The translations under genes and the position numbers were made by a program. A stretch of 64,000 nt of DNA from Patescibacteria group bacterium (GTDB taxonomy: Bacteria; Patescibacteriota; Patescibacteriia; Magasanikbacterales; GWA2-37-8): positions 686,594-750,593 of the forward strand of contig JBAZNA010000001.1 in the NCBI GenBank assembly GCA_041649475.1, written 5' to 3'. Positions 38,295-48,296 of the stretch are shown piece by piece. The notes under the pieces are model-generated. The model ran no database searches. It had not been told where the DNA came from and saw only the letters and a list, made by a program, of their open reading frames with translations. Position 1 is the first letter of the stretch. Every line of letters begins with the position of its first letter.

Positions 38295-38323
38295 TTGACC
38301 GCTTACTTACCTTATACTAAAAT
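38295..38323 (+). promoter_or_regulatory. Sigma-70-like promoter TTGACC-17-TAAAAT
   Basis: Near-consensus hexamers with 17-nt spacing, immediately upstream of a GC-rich non-coding stretch. Confidence 0.5.
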
Positions 38324-38325
38324 CA

Positions 38326-38600
38326 AATCAGACCGCGAAAGGGAACTGCAGGTGAAACAAACCAGCAACCTGTAGACCCGCACTTTCTCCCCAGAGAAAG
38401 GTTTAGCGGCCTCGTAGCGCAACACGGATGCGGCCTTGGGAACGACCGATAACGAGTTTAAACCTCGTCGGTCAGAAGAACGAGATCGTCCGCCGCAGCC
38501 CAAAAGAAGACGGATGAGCCAAGGAGGAGGAATGCGCCCAAGGCCCGAGCAACACAGCATGCAGGTGCTGGTAACTGCATGCTTCTTTTAATTCTTGTTT
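38326..38600 (+). ncRNA. Candidate ~270-nt GC-rich non-coding transcript (promoter-to-terminator unit), identity unknown
   Basis: Bounded by the promoter at 38295-38323 and the hairpin gcatgcag...ctgcatgc followed by a T-rich run at 38557-38600. No plus-strand ORF above ~26 aa. GC-rich and purine-rich. It does not match the tmRNA, RNase P or SRP features I can recall. Confidence 0.25.
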
Positions 38601-38672
38601 TTTTCCATCGCCTGTGTTACCTTGTCTGTAAGCTTGGTAATCAACTTGCCAAAAACGAAAGGGGGTATCAAA

Positions 38673-39248
38673 ATGCCACGTGCCATCATCAGTGTGTACG
38701 ACAAGACCCGGCTCCTGGCCTTCGTACAGGGTCTCACCAGTCTCAACTGGGAGATCATCTCCACCGGCGGCACCGCCAAGCATCTGCGGGAAGCGGGCTT
38801 CCCAATTCTGGATGTGTCGCAGGTCACCGGATTCCCGGAGTGCCTGGAGGGACGGCTCAAGACCCTGCACCCCAAGATCCTCGGCGGCATCCTGGCCAAG
38901 GGCACGCCGGAGCACAAGGCGACCCTCAAGAAGCTGGAAATCGAGATGGTGGACATGGTCGTGGTCAACCTCTACCCGTTTGAGGAGACCGTGGCCAAGC
39001 CGGACACGACCTGGGACCAGGCCATCGAGCAGATTGACATCGGCGGCCCCACCATGATCCGCGCCGCGGCCAAGAACCACAACCGCGTGACCGTGATCGT
39101 GGACCCGAACGACTACATGCTGGTGGTCAACGAGCTCGAGTTGCACGGCGAAGTCCGTCCTCATCTCCGCCAGTCCCTGGCGGCCAAGGTCTTCCGCAAG
39201 ACCGCGGAGTACGACAAGGCCATCGCGGACTACTTCAACAGGTCCTGA
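38673..39248 (+). CDS. PurH N-terminal domain only: IMP cyclohydrolase (MGS-like) domain protein, GC-rich, possibly a truncated purH
   Basis: MPRAIISVYDKTRLLAFVQGL...STGGTAKHLREAGFPILDVSQVTGFPECLEGRLKTLHPKILGGIL...VVVNLYPF matches the PurH IMPCH domain. It ends where the AICAR transformylase domain would begin. GC is far above the flanks. RBS AAAGGGGG upstream. Confidence 0.7.
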   Translation: MPRAIISVYDKTRLLAFVQGLTSLNWEIISTGGTAKHLREAGFPILDVSQVTGFPECLEGRLKTLHPKILGGILAKGTPEHKATLKKLEIEMVDMVVVNLYPFEETVAKPDTTWDQAIEQIDIGGPTMIRAAAKNHNRVTVIVDPNDYMLVVNELELHGEVRPHLRQSLAAKVFRKTAEYDKAIADYFNRS

Positions 39249-39349
39249 CAGACCCCAGCTGATCCGTTCTTTCCACTTGAGGAGACAACAGCGCAGCCGA
39301 TTCCCCATCGGCTCGCCTCAATCTAATGAAAATCAAGATTTGGTTTTTA

Positions 39350-40429
39350 TCAGATTGAGCTAGCCAATTCCTCTACAATCGCAATCACCCGCTCCGGCTT
39401 GGCTGGAGGTAAAACTTCGTGCAATTTATTTCCCAAAAATTTTGCCACTTCCGGATATTCAATCAAATCTTTGACAATATGCGCCAACTTTTGGCCGCCG
39501 TCTATTTTTTCATTAAGCACCACCACCGCTTTGTTTCTGGCCAGCATATTGGCATTTACTTCCTGATGATTATTTAAAATCGGCACCAATATAGATGTTT
39601 TTGCTAATGCTGCCAATTCGGTAATGGTAGAAAATCCGGCCCGGGCCACCACCACGCTCGCAATCGCGTAAGCATACTTCATTTCCTCGGTAAAAAATTC
39701 ATAAACATGATAATTGGAAAAAATCGTAGTGGCGTTCTGTTGCGGGGTGCTCTGCCTTTCTCTGCCCACCAGATGAATAACGTGCCAATCCCTAGGCAAA
39801 AGCGGCAAAGCATCCAAAACCATTTTATTGATGGTGTTTGAGCCCGTGCCTCCACCCAGAGCAAAAATCACCGGCGCCCCGGCCGGTATGCCAAACTTGG
39901 CCCTGGCCATCGTCAAATTTGATTCGGTTAAATTCCGCACCGGATTGCCCAGCCACTCTGTTTTCATGGCATCAAAATTGGCTAAATTATCTTTCAAGGC
40001 CACGGTAATTTTTGTGGCGGATTTGGCCATCATCTTATTGGCCAAACCGATCTCAAAATCCTGCTGGTGCACCCAGGTAGGAATGCCCAAAGCCGCGGCC
40101 GCGAAGTGCAAAGGCACGCTGACAAAGCCGCCGGCTGTAATAAGTAAAGCCGGTTTTTCCTGCCACAGCAAAATCAAGGACTCCAGAAATCCCCAAAATA
40201 CTTTAAAGACGTCAATAAAATTAAAGAAAGAAAAATAACGGCGCAATTTTCCGGAAGCAATCGGCAAAAAAGGGATACCGTATTTTTCCACCAGCTTTTG
40301 TTCAATGCCGCTTTTTGTGCCGACCCAGACAAACTCCGCACTCGGGTCATGTTTTTTATAAATTTCAAAAACCGCCAGTATCGGCACTACCGGTCCCAAA
40401 GTTCCACCACCGGAAAGGATTATTTTCAT
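39350..40429 (-). CDS. murG: UDP-N-acetylglucosamine--N-acetylmuramyl-(pentapeptide) pyrophosphoryl-undecaprenol GlcNAc transferase
   Basis: N-terminal G-loop MKIILSGGGTLGPVVP and the GT28 C-terminal domain; 359 aa. Confidence 0.85.
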   Translation of the reverse strand: MKIILSGGGTLGPVVPILAVFEIYKKHDPSAEFVWVGTKSGIEQKLVEKYGIPFLPIASGKLRRYFSFFNFIDVFKVFWGFLESLILLWQEKPALLITAGGFVSVPLHFAAAALGIPTWVHQQDFEIGLANKMMAKSATKITVALKDNLANFDAMKTEWLGNPVRNLTESNLTMARAKFGIPAGAPVIFALGGGTGSNTINKMVLDALPLLPRDWHVIHLVGRERQSTPQQNATTIFSNYHVYEFFTEEMKYAYAIASVVVARAGFSTITELAALAKTSILVPILNNHQEVNANMLARNKAVVVLNEKIDGGQKLAHIVKDLIEYPEVAKFLGNKLHEVLPPAKPERVIAIVEELASSI

Positions 40430-40449
40430 AATTGCCGCGGGCGCGCTTA

Positions 40450-41745
40450 TTAATAATCTCGCAATTTTCCGATTACAGTCAAATTATGTTCAATCTTTTC
40501 CAAGGCCTTGGCTTCAATTTGGCGGATGCGTTCGCGGGTAACGTCAAATTCCTTACCCACTTCTTCCAAGGTGTGGGTTACGCCGTCAGTCAGTCCAAAG
40601 CGCATTTCCAAAATTTTCTGCTCGCGCGGAGACAAATCTTTGATTGCGTCTTTGACATAATCGCGCAAAATCTGCAAACCGGCGGCGCGGTCAGGCGAAA
40701 TATTTTTTACATCCTCAACAAAGTCCTGCAAAGCGCTGTCGTCGTCTTCATCATCGCCAACCGACATCTCCAAAGACACGGTGTCTTGCGATATTTTTAT
40801 AATATGATTTATCTTGCTCACCTCTTCACCCATTTCCGCGGCCAATTCTTCCGGAGTCGGATCGCGGCCCAAATCCTGCAATAATCTTCTCTGCACCTGC
40901 TGGAATCGGTTGATGGTTTCAACCATATGCACCGGAATGCGGATGGTGCGGGATTGATCGGCGAGCGCGCGGGTGATGGCCTGCCTGATCCACCAAGTGG
41001 CGTAAGTGGAAAATTTATACCCCTTGCGGTGGTCAAATTTTTTCACGGCCCTAAACAAACCAATGTTTCCTTCCTGGATCAAATCAAGCAAAGACAACGA
41101 TTTGCCCACAAATTTTTTGGCAATGGAAACCACCAACCGCAAGTTGGCCTCAATAATTTTTCTCTCTGCCTCTTTGTCGCCGCGCTCTTTGCGTTTGGCC
41201 AGCGCCACTTCTTCGTCGCCTTTAAGCAATGGGATTTTTCCAATCTCGCGCAGATACATCTGGATGGAGTCGGATGAGATGGAACCGAGATCAAAGGGCA
41301 CGTCCATATCCGGCTGGGCTCCCTGAAACTGTTTTAAAGTCAACTTGCTTTCTTCTTTTTTGCCCAAAAATCCGCTGGTGCTTTCAACCACGGTCACGCC
41401 GTTTTTATCAAGCACTTCCAAAAATCCCTCGTATAAATCAAGATAGGCCTCGGGTCTGGGAAAGACGCTCTCCAGTTCAATTTGCGTGATAAATCCCCTG
41501 TTTCTGCCTTTGATAACTATGTCCCAGATTTTATTGGGCGTCGGTTCAAAAATTATTTCAGGTACGAATTCCGGTTTGCGGGGACGCAAAATTTTTCCTT
41601 TTTTACGGGGTTTTATTTTTTTATTTTTTTTGATGATTTTTTTAGCTTTTTTTAACTTCGGTTTGTTCTCCTTTTTATGCCTACGCGTATGGCTACCGCG
41701 CAGTTGCTTGGAAGAACGCTTAATTGTCCTTCTCTTGGAAGGCAT
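40450..41745 (-). CDS. rpoD: RNA polymerase primary sigma factor
   Basis: Regions 2-4 highly conserved ([40 protein letters not shown]); basic N-terminal region. Confidence 0.9.
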   Translation of the reverse strand: MPSKRRTIKRSSKQLRGSHTRRHKKENKPKLKKAKKIIKKNKKIKPRKKGKILRPRKPEFVPEIIFEPTPNKIWDIVIKGRNRGFITQIELESVFPRPEAYLDLYEGFLEVLDKNGVTVVESTSGFLGKKEESKLTLKQFQGAQPDMDVPFDLGSISSDSIQMYLREIGKIPLLKGDEEVALAKRKERGDKEAERKIIEANLRLVVSIAKKFVGKSLSLLDLIQEGNIGLFRAVKKFDHRKGYKFSTYATWWIRQAITRALADQSRTIRIPVHMVETINRFQQVQRRLLQDLGRDPTPEELAAEMGEEVSKINHIIKISQDTVSLEMSVGDDEDDDSALQDFVEDVKNISPDRAAGLQILRDYVKDAIKDLSPREQKILEMRFGLTDGVTHTLEEVGKEFDVTRERIRQIEAKALEKIEHNLTVIGKLRDY

Positions 41746-41770
41746 AATTGTAGCGTTATTGTAAAGTTAA

Positions 41771-43561
41771 TTATTGTAAGGTTAAAATTTCTTTTAAGAT
41801 TTCCGACATCTTTTTTTCATCTTTGGCTGTTTGAGCGATTTTTAAATGATCGTTTAATTCTTTTCTTCTTTTTTTAATCCATTCTGACTTTATTTTTTCA
41901 AGCAGATCATCAACTTCATGGGTTGAATCTTCTTTGGAAAATCCTTCAAAATCTTTATCGGCTTTTAATAACAAAATACTAACAAGGTCTCCACCCTCTT
42001 CTAAAATCTCCCTAATTTCTGTTTTGGTTACTATATTTGGATTATACGCCTCTTTTATTAATTCGTAAAGAGGCATATACGGGGTGCCTGTAAAAAATTC
42101 CGGTCTTAAATATGAATAATGGGAAATAATAAGTTTGGGAAATTTCATAAGCAGAGACCACAAACTCTCCAATCTTAATAAATAGCCCTGGTCCTGACCG
42201 TTAAAAATAGGCACGTTCTTGGGTTGATCTTCGCCTCCGGCTTGGCGCGACGGTTGCGGTTGTTTAGCGGACTTTTTTAATTCTTCCCTTAAAACATTGG
42301 CGTCTATATCTAATTTTTCAGACAGCTGACGAAGCCAGTGATCTCTTTCAGCGCCAAACTGCAAACGGGCAATCTCCGGCAGGAGGCCTTCAATTATTTT
42401 TTGTTTTTGTTTCGGACCGCTTTCCAACTTGGCTGAAAAAGCCGAATTAAAATACCATTCCATCACATCGGTCGCGCTCTCCACCGCTTTAAACCAAACC
42501 GCCGGATTTTTTTTCAAACATTCATCCGCGTCTTTGCCGGCGCCTTCCGGGATCTTTATAATCTTTATGTTCATCCCCTGCTCCAGGGCTATATCAATGC
42601 CGCGCTTGGCCGCGTTTTGCCCGGCCGCGTCCGCATCAAAAGCCATGGCGATATTATTGGAATATCTTTTCAGTAATTTTACCTGTTCAAAGGTGAGCGC
42701 GGTGCCCGAGGCGGCCACCACATTTTTCATGCCGGCCTGGTGGCAAGCCACCACATCCATCTGTCCTTCCACCAACACGGTTAGGTCTTTGGTTTTTATC
42801 TCCATTTTAGCTTTATTTAATCCATAAAGCAGGCGGGATTTATCAAACACCGGACTCTGGGGAGTGTTCACATATTTTCCGCCCGATTTTTCCGTTTCCA
42901 CCAAAACCCGGCCGGTGAAGCCGGCATTGTTGCCGTGCGCATCCCAAATCGGGAACATTATCCGCCCGCGAAAACGATCATAAAAACCCTTGCCCGCCTG
43001 AAAATTGGCACCGTCTTTTTTTATGGTCAGCCCGGAGGCAATCAAATCATCAATGGCAAAGCCCTTTTTTAATAAATACTGGGTGAGCAAATCCCACTGT
43101 TCCGGTATGAATCCGATTTGCCATTCTTCAATCGTTTCTTTTTTTAGCTGGCGCCTGTCCAGGTACTCGCGCGCGCTGTGCGCCGTCGGCATCTCCAGTA
43201 AAAAATGATGAAAAAAATACGCGGCCTTGGCATTTATCTCCAGCAACCGATTTTTCTGGCTTTTGTTTATTTCCGAAACATAGGTATCCATTTTTACTCC
43301 GGCGCGTTCGGCCAAAATTTTCAGGGCCTCGGGGAAATCTATACCTTCCATTTCCTGTAAAAATGTAAAAATATCTCCGCCCTTGCCGCAGCCAAAACAG
43401 TGCCAAATCTGCTTTTCCGGATGCACCATAAAAGACGGCGTTTTTTCATGATGAAACGGGCAGGGCGCCTTCCAGTTGGCGCCGGCTTTTTTCAGCTGAA
43501 GATATTCGCCTAAAATCTGCACAATATCAAGGCGGTCTTTTATGGCTTGGATGTCGGTCAT
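41771..43561 (-). CDS. dnaG: DNA primase
   Basis: Zinc ribbon CPFHHEKTPSF...CFGCG; TOPRIM domain (LVEGQMDVV, DADAAG). Confidence 0.9.
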   Translation of the reverse strand: MTDIQAIKDRLDIVQILGEYLQLKKAGANWKAPCPFHHEKTPSFMVHPEKQIWHCFGCGKGGDIFTFLQEMEGIDFPEALKILAERAGVKMDTYVSEINKSQKNRLLEINAKAAYFFHHFLLEMPTAHSAREYLDRRQLKKETIEEWQIGFIPEQWDLLTQYLLKKGFAIDDLIASGLTIKKDGANFQAGKGFYDRFRGRIMFPIWDAHGNNAGFTGRVLVETEKSGGKYVNTPQSPVFDKSRLLYGLNKAKMEIKTKDLTVLVEGQMDVVACHQAGMKNVVAASGTALTFEQVKLLKRYSNNIAMAFDADAAGQNAAKRGIDIALEQGMNIKIIKIPEGAGKDADECLKKNPAVWFKAVESATDVMEWYFNSAFSAKLESGPKQKQKIIEGLLPEIARLQFGAERDHWLRQLSEKLDIDANVLREELKKSAKQPQPSRQAGGEDQPKNVPIFNGQDQGYLLRLESLWSLLMKFPKLIISHYSYLRPEFFTGTPYMPLYELIKEAYNPNIVTKTEIREILEEGGDLVSILLLKADKDFEGFSKEDSTHEVDDLLEKIKSEWIKKRRKELNDHLKIAQTAKDEKKMSEILKEILTLQ

Positions 43562-43567
43562 ATATTT

Positions 43568-45748
43568 TTATTTGGAACTAGGGTGTACTATTCTATAATT
43601 TTCGTAGTCAATCTCACAATCAAGACAACGCAAAGAGAGCTTTTTACTCTCAATCAAATGTTTTAAAGGACTTAAGTCCATCCCTTCCGGAACTTTCCAC
43701 AAAATTAACCTGGTGGATTCAGCTTTAAGTTGTACACCACGAAACGATTCTAGGCTGGTTATGCCTTTAAAATTAATGGCTAAACGCTTGAGAGGTAAAT
43801 CTTTTACAATTTTGATAATATTGGTATTGGCAAAATCAAGGGATAATGACAATTCGCCTATATCCATTTTTTTAAGTGAGTCCAGGTTGCTTATTTCTTT
43901 GGCGAATATATTAAGTCTCTCTATTTTTTTACCAGCCAAAAAATCTAAATCCTCAAGTCGGTCATTTTCCAGCGTTATGCTTACATAGTGTAAATCATTT
44001 GGCGCTTCTTTTAACCGACTAAGATTCCTTATTTTGCCCCTTAGCGTTACATCCTGAAAATTTTTGATTCCTGTTCCTAAATCAGCTAAATCAAAGCTGG
44101 CGTTGCGATTATAAACATCCAATCTTTTCAAAGGTACATCTTTTAACGGTTGCAGATCTATTTTTGATGGCTGATTGTATCCAATTTTTTCAAGATCATC
44201 ATTCAATCGTTCTAAAACAATCAACAACTCCCGAATAATCTTTACACACTGCAGGTGATCATCTTCTTTTTCCCAAAAGTAAGTAAGTTCCATTGCTTGA
44301 TCCAATGCTGCTGCTTTCCTATAATTTTTTACTAAATTACTTTCCATCATGGAGGATAACAAATTACTTACAATTTTAATTTGTAATCCTTTATCTTTTA
44401 ACGACGCTCCCTCCGAATTAATTGCATCCCCCCAATTTTTATTTAAAACATTCCTAACTTCATTAAAGAGATCACTCCATTCTTTAAATTCTCTGGTCTT
44501 AAAATCAAATTCATAAATCCTAAATTCACCGGTTAATTTTGCGTCCAAAACATCCTCGGGACTTGGCTTATATACAGACCCCTCTTGCTTTTCTTTTCTC
44601 TCTTTGCTCTTATCCTTATTTAGTTCTTTCTGGTGCTTCTCCCAATCTTCGGCACTAATTACATGTACCTCAAGATCACGATCGGTTGGTAGTTCTTGTG
44701 GTTTTACATTCTCTTGTGCCCCCCCAAAAGTTGTCTTTACTGCAGTTATGTATGCAGGACTGGGCCGGTTTGAATAAACCTTAGTGGGCATCATTCCGGG
44801 TGGCAATAAATTAAAGATCGTATTTGTTTTAACTTGAATTTGGGGTTTGGATGGTTTGTTTTTCCTTTCTTTTGAAACAATCATTCTTCCTTCAACCTTA
44901 TCCCCCAAATAATTTTTTACAAACGCGTCAACGCCAACTACCACAGACCCATCCAAATCAGAATCTTTAATCTTTTTTGGTGTATCTTCCAAGCTATACC
45001 ACTGGCCGTCTATTTTTGCTAATAAAACAATGTGCAATTCATTAGTTTGCGGATCGCCTTTTAGAATTTGCATCTTAAATTCGGTACCGGGATAAACCCC
45101 CTGAACCAGTGATAGAGTATACTTTAATCTGGCCTCACAATTGCCACACCTATTATTATTTTTACAATTCTTCTTATTTAATAAATCGCTAAGAAAACTA
45201 GAGTCAGCTTTATAATCTCCCTTTTCTTGGAGAATGTCATGGATTACCCGTAATTTATGATCCGGAGATTTTGTTTTTGAATCCATTACTTTGTACTTTT
45301 CTCGAAGCTGTTTTATATAATTGCCGGCCGTCATGACTTCCTCTTTACCCAGACCACCTTTCGCATATTCCGCGTCCAAAAAAAATACGCCATAATCAAT
45401 CTTCTCTTTATCTTTATACTTTTCTTTTAAAGGTTCAACTAAACCAGCATCTGGAGCTCCTAATAAAACACCGGCATCCGGTAAAAAATTAACCCGTTTC
45501 ATCGTGCGCTTAACTACAGTATATTTATCAGCTAAAAAATCACCTATTTCCCCGCGTTTCGTATACCCAACAATTCCCCCATGAAGGAGGGTTGATAATC
45601 CAAGCGCCACAGTCAGGGCTTTTTGCCTTTTGAATTTTTCTGCCAATCTGGCCATCAATCCTTTTGTTGGCTTATCCGGTGATTCTATTTGCGGTTTCTT
45701 AGATCTGAATTCATTTTCAGGTGTAAATTGCGGAGTTTCCGGAGTCAT
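43568..45748 (-). CDS. Large membrane-anchored protein with transglutaminase-like cysteine-protease core and C-terminal leucine-rich repeats
   Basis: TM near the N-terminus. Putative Cys-His-Asp core (CGNCEARL ... HIVLLAKIDGQWYSLEDT, compare TGase H...G.W...DpT). The C-terminal ~200 aa has LxxLxLxxN-type repeats. Confidence 0.4.
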   Translation of the reverse strand: MTPETPQFTPENEFRSKKPQIESPDKPTKGLMARLAEKFKRQKALTVALGLSTLLHGGIVGYTKRGEIGDFLADKYTVVKRTMKRVNFLPDAGVLLGAPDAGLVEPLKEKYKDKEKIDYGVFFLDAEYAKGGLGKEEVMTAGNYIKQLREKYKVMDSKTKSPDHKLRVIHDILQEKGDYKADSSFLSDLLNKKNCKNNNRCGNCEARLKYTLSLVQGVYPGTEFKMQILKGDPQTNELHIVLLAKIDGQWYSLEDTPKKIKDSDLDGSVVVGVDAFVKNYLGDKVEGRMIVSKERKNKPSKPQIQVKTNTIFNLLPPGMMPTKVYSNRPSPAYITAVKTTFGGAQENVKPQELPTDRDLEVHVISAEDWEKHQKELNKDKSKERKEKQEGSVYKPSPEDVLDAKLTGEFRIYEFDFKTREFKEWSDLFNEVRNVLNKNWGDAINSEGASLKDKGLQIKIVSNLLSSMMESNLVKNYRKAAALDQAMELTYFWEKEDDHLQCVKIIRELLIVLERLNDDLEKIGYNQPSKIDLQPLKDVPLKRLDVYNRNASFDLADLGTGIKNFQDVTLRGKIRNLSRLKEAPNDLHYVSITLENDRLEDLDFLAGKKIERLNIFAKEISNLDSLKKMDIGELSLSLDFANTNIIKIVKDLPLKRLAINFKGITSLESFRGVQLKAESTRLILWKVPEGMDLSPLKHLIESKKLSLRCLDCEIDYENYRIVHPSSK

Positions 45749-45806
45749 AATTTTTAGTTAATATGACTTAAGAATAGCCCAAAAAAATTCTTTGCGCAAT
45801 AGCGGG

Positions 45807-47054
45807 CTATTCCCTCCGCAAGGCCTCAATTGGGTTTAATCCCGCCGCCTTTTTGGCCGGATAAACCCCAAAGAACAAACCGATCAGAGCGGAAAAACCA
45901 ACCGCCAAAAAAATAGAGAGAATAGAAATGGAAAAAGTCCACTGCAACCCGTAGGAAATTGCCAGAAAATATACTAAAAGAGAAATTAAAGCGCCCACGA
46001 CCACGCCCACTATTCCGCCGGCCGTGGTAATAATTACCGCTTCAATCAAAAATTGATTTAAAATATCTTTGCTTTTGGCGCCAATCGCTTTCATCAAACC
46101 AATTTCAAAAGTCCTTTCGGCCACGGTCACATACATAATATTGGTAATTCCCACCCCGCCAACCAAAAGCGAAATACAAACCAAGGCAATCAGCAAAAGC
46201 GTAATCGCGCCAAGCACCGTTTCAATCATATCTTTGGCCTGCGCCATTGTCTGTACAGCAAAATCATCCTTAGTCGGATCGGTGATATTATGATTTTCCC
46301 TGATCATCGCCGTTAAGTCCTCAACCGTCTGCTGTGATTTGTTAGTGTCTTTTATCTTGGCAATAATCTCCATGTAATAATCAATGCCTAAAATTCTTTT
46401 TTGCACGGTCTTGACCGGTATGTATATTAAGGTATCCAGATCAAGAAATGACATTGTGCCGCGTTTTCCGGCGATACCAACCACCTTAAACGGCTTTCCT
46501 CCAATATATACGGTTTCACCCACGGCATTATTATCTCCAAATAAATCATCCTTTAATGCCGACCCCAAAACAACCACCTGTGATAGCGAGTTATCTTCAT
46601 TTTGATCATAAAATCGACCTTCGGCAATTGGTAAGGTTTCCACTGCCGGCGCGTTATACCCTTCGCCAAATACCATGGCTTTCTTAATCTGTCCTTGATA
46701 GCTCACCAGCGCCTGCGCCGTTAAAAATCCGTAAGCATTTTCAATATTTGGATAATTTTCCACGGTTTTAAAATCTTTTTCTTTCAAAGTGGTAATGGTT
46801 ACGCCTTCGGCCATAGCGATGGCGCCTTGAGTACTTTTTGTGCTGGGCACCTGTACTTCAATAGAGATTGTATCGGCCCCAAACATATCCAACTGGCCCA
46901 CAACCAAAGAATTAAGTCCTGCTCCGGCTGAAGAAATCACAATCACGGCCGCAATACCAATGCTAATGCCGACAATAGTTAAAATAGAGCGCACTTTTTG
47001 TCGTTTTAAAGCCGTGATGGCCAACCGCAGATAAGTTTTAAAAATTCTACTCAT
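45807..47054 (-). CDS. ABC transporter permease, MacB/FtsX family (second permease)
   Basis: N-terminal TM, periplasmic domain, C-terminal FtsX 3-TM (GGVGITNIMYVTVAERTFEIGLMKAIGA). Confidence 0.75.
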   Translation of the reverse strand: MSRIFKTYLRLAITALKRQKVRSILTIVGISIGIAAVIVISSAGAGLNSLVVGQLDMFGADTISIEVQVPSTKSTQGAIAMAEGVTITTLKEKDFKTVENYPNIENAYGFLTAQALVSYQGQIKKAMVFGEGYNAPAVETLPIAEGRFYDQNEDNSLSQVVVLGSALKDDLFGDNNAVGETVYIGGKPFKVVGIAGKRGTMSFLDLDTLIYIPVKTVQKRILGIDYYMEIIAKIKDTNKSQQTVEDLTAMIRENHNITDPTKDDFAVQTMAQAKDMIETVLGAITLLLIALVCISLLVGGVGITNIMYVTVAERTFEIGLMKAIGAKSKDILNQFLIEAVIITTAGGIVGVVVGALISLLVYFLAISYGLQWTFSISILSIFLAVGFSALIGLFFGVYPAKKAAGLNPIEALRRE

Positions 47055-48285
47055 ATCGCAGTGCCTCTATCGGATTAAGCGCGCTGGCCCGGCGCGCCGG
47101 TATAATTCCAAAAATCAAGCCAATGCCGGCCGAAACTCCGCAAGCCAGAATAATTGATGAATAAGTAACCACCAAATCCCATTTGTAACCCATGCTTTGA
47201 GCCACTTTAGCAATGCCAAAAGAAACTAAAATGCCGAGTAAAATACCGATCACGCCGCCGATAAAAGTGACCATCATTGTTTCAACTAAAAACTGCAGAG
47301 ATATTTGCGAACTTCTGGCTCCCACCGCCTTGCGCAAACCGATCTCTCTGGTGCGCTCCTGCACCGCGGCCAGCATGATATTCATGATCCCCACTCCGCC
47401 GACTACCAGTGACAAGGCGGCGATAGCCGCTAAGAAAAATTTTAAAGCATTGGTTACTGTGTTTATGGCGTCCAGTCCTTGGGCGGAAGACCTGACCGTG
47501 AAATCATCGTTGGCCGGATTAGAAATATTATGCTCTACCCGCAAAGTGTCTTCAATAAACAAAACCGCGCCGTCAACATTGCTGGCGTCATCAACTTGAG
47601 CGCGCAGATAACTGATATAATTTATTCCCAATAATAACTTCTGCGCGGCGGTGATGGGCACAAAAATTTGATCATCCTGATCTTGAAAACCGCTGGTGCC
47701 GCGCGCCTTTAACACCCCGATAACCTGGAAGCTCACTCTTTTAATTTTAATTTGCTGGCCAATCGGATTCTCATCGCCGAATAAATTTTTGGCGGTCTGG
47801 CTGGCCAACACCGCAACTTTAGCCGTTGATCTTTCTTCTTCTTCAGAAAAAAAACGACCGCTCGCCACTTCCGCGGTTTCCACCTGCGGATAACTGGCCA
47901 TCACCCCCACAAAGGTAGTGTCGGTCTTATTGTCTTGCCAAGTTACGGTATCTGTTCCTTTAACGTATCCGGTGGCCGCCAAAATATGAGGATCGCCGCC
48001 GGCAACCAGCGCTTTTACATCTTCATATTTTAAAGTTGTAATCACAATCCCCATTACTGAAACCGGCGGGCCGTTGGCTTCGGCTTTGCCCGGCAAAACG
48101 CCGACTAAATTTGATCCCAAACTGCTCACCTGATTGACAATCAAACTCTGCGCGCCGGCGCCAACCGACATAATCACAATCACGGCCATGATGCCGATGA
48201 TAATGCCAAGCATCGTCAAAACAGAACGAACCTTGTTCGCGGCGATGATGTGCCATGAATTGTGAATGTTTTCGGAGAGTTTCAT
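47047..48285 (-). CDS. ABC transporter permease, MacB/FtsX family
   Basis: Same architecture (GGVGIMNIMLAAVQERTREIGLRKAVGA); 8-nt overlap with the downstream permease. Confidence 0.75.
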   Translation of the reverse strand: MKLSENIHNSWHIIAANKVRSVLTMLGIIIGIMAVIVIMSVGAGAQSLIVNQVSSLGSNLVGVLPGKAEANGPPVSVMGIVITTLKYEDVKALVAGGDPHILAATGYVKGTDTVTWQDNKTDTTFVGVMASYPQVETAEVASGRFFSEEEERSTAKVAVLASQTAKNLFGDENPIGQQIKIKRVSFQVIGVLKARGTSGFQDQDDQIFVPITAAQKLLLGINYISYLRAQVDDASNVDGAVLFIEDTLRVEHNISNPANDDFTVRSSAQGLDAINTVTNALKFFLAAIAALSLVVGGVGIMNIMLAAVQERTREIGLRKAVGARSSQISLQFLVETMMVTFIGGVIGILLGILVSFGIAKVAQSMGYKWDLVVTYSSIILACGVSAGIGLIFGIIPARRASALNPIEALRYE

Positions 48286-48296
48286 ATCTTTATTGG

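Noticed and set aside
38326-38600. tmRNA / RNase P RNA / SRP RNA identity for the GC-rich non-coding stretch
   Set aside because: No tRNA-like 3' end or tag-peptide frame (tmRNA). No GAGGAAAGUCC / P4 motifs (RNase P). No GGAA-tetraloop domain IV consensus (SRP). Kept only as an unidentified ncRNA candidate.
38472-39308. 278-aa minus-strand ORF (and 38680..39057 +) overlapping the PurH-domain gene
   Set aside because: Typical antisense or alternate-frame shadow ORFs of a GC-rich gene. They are R/G/H/L-rich low-complexity with no domain. The plus-strand PurH-domain reading frame has clear homology.
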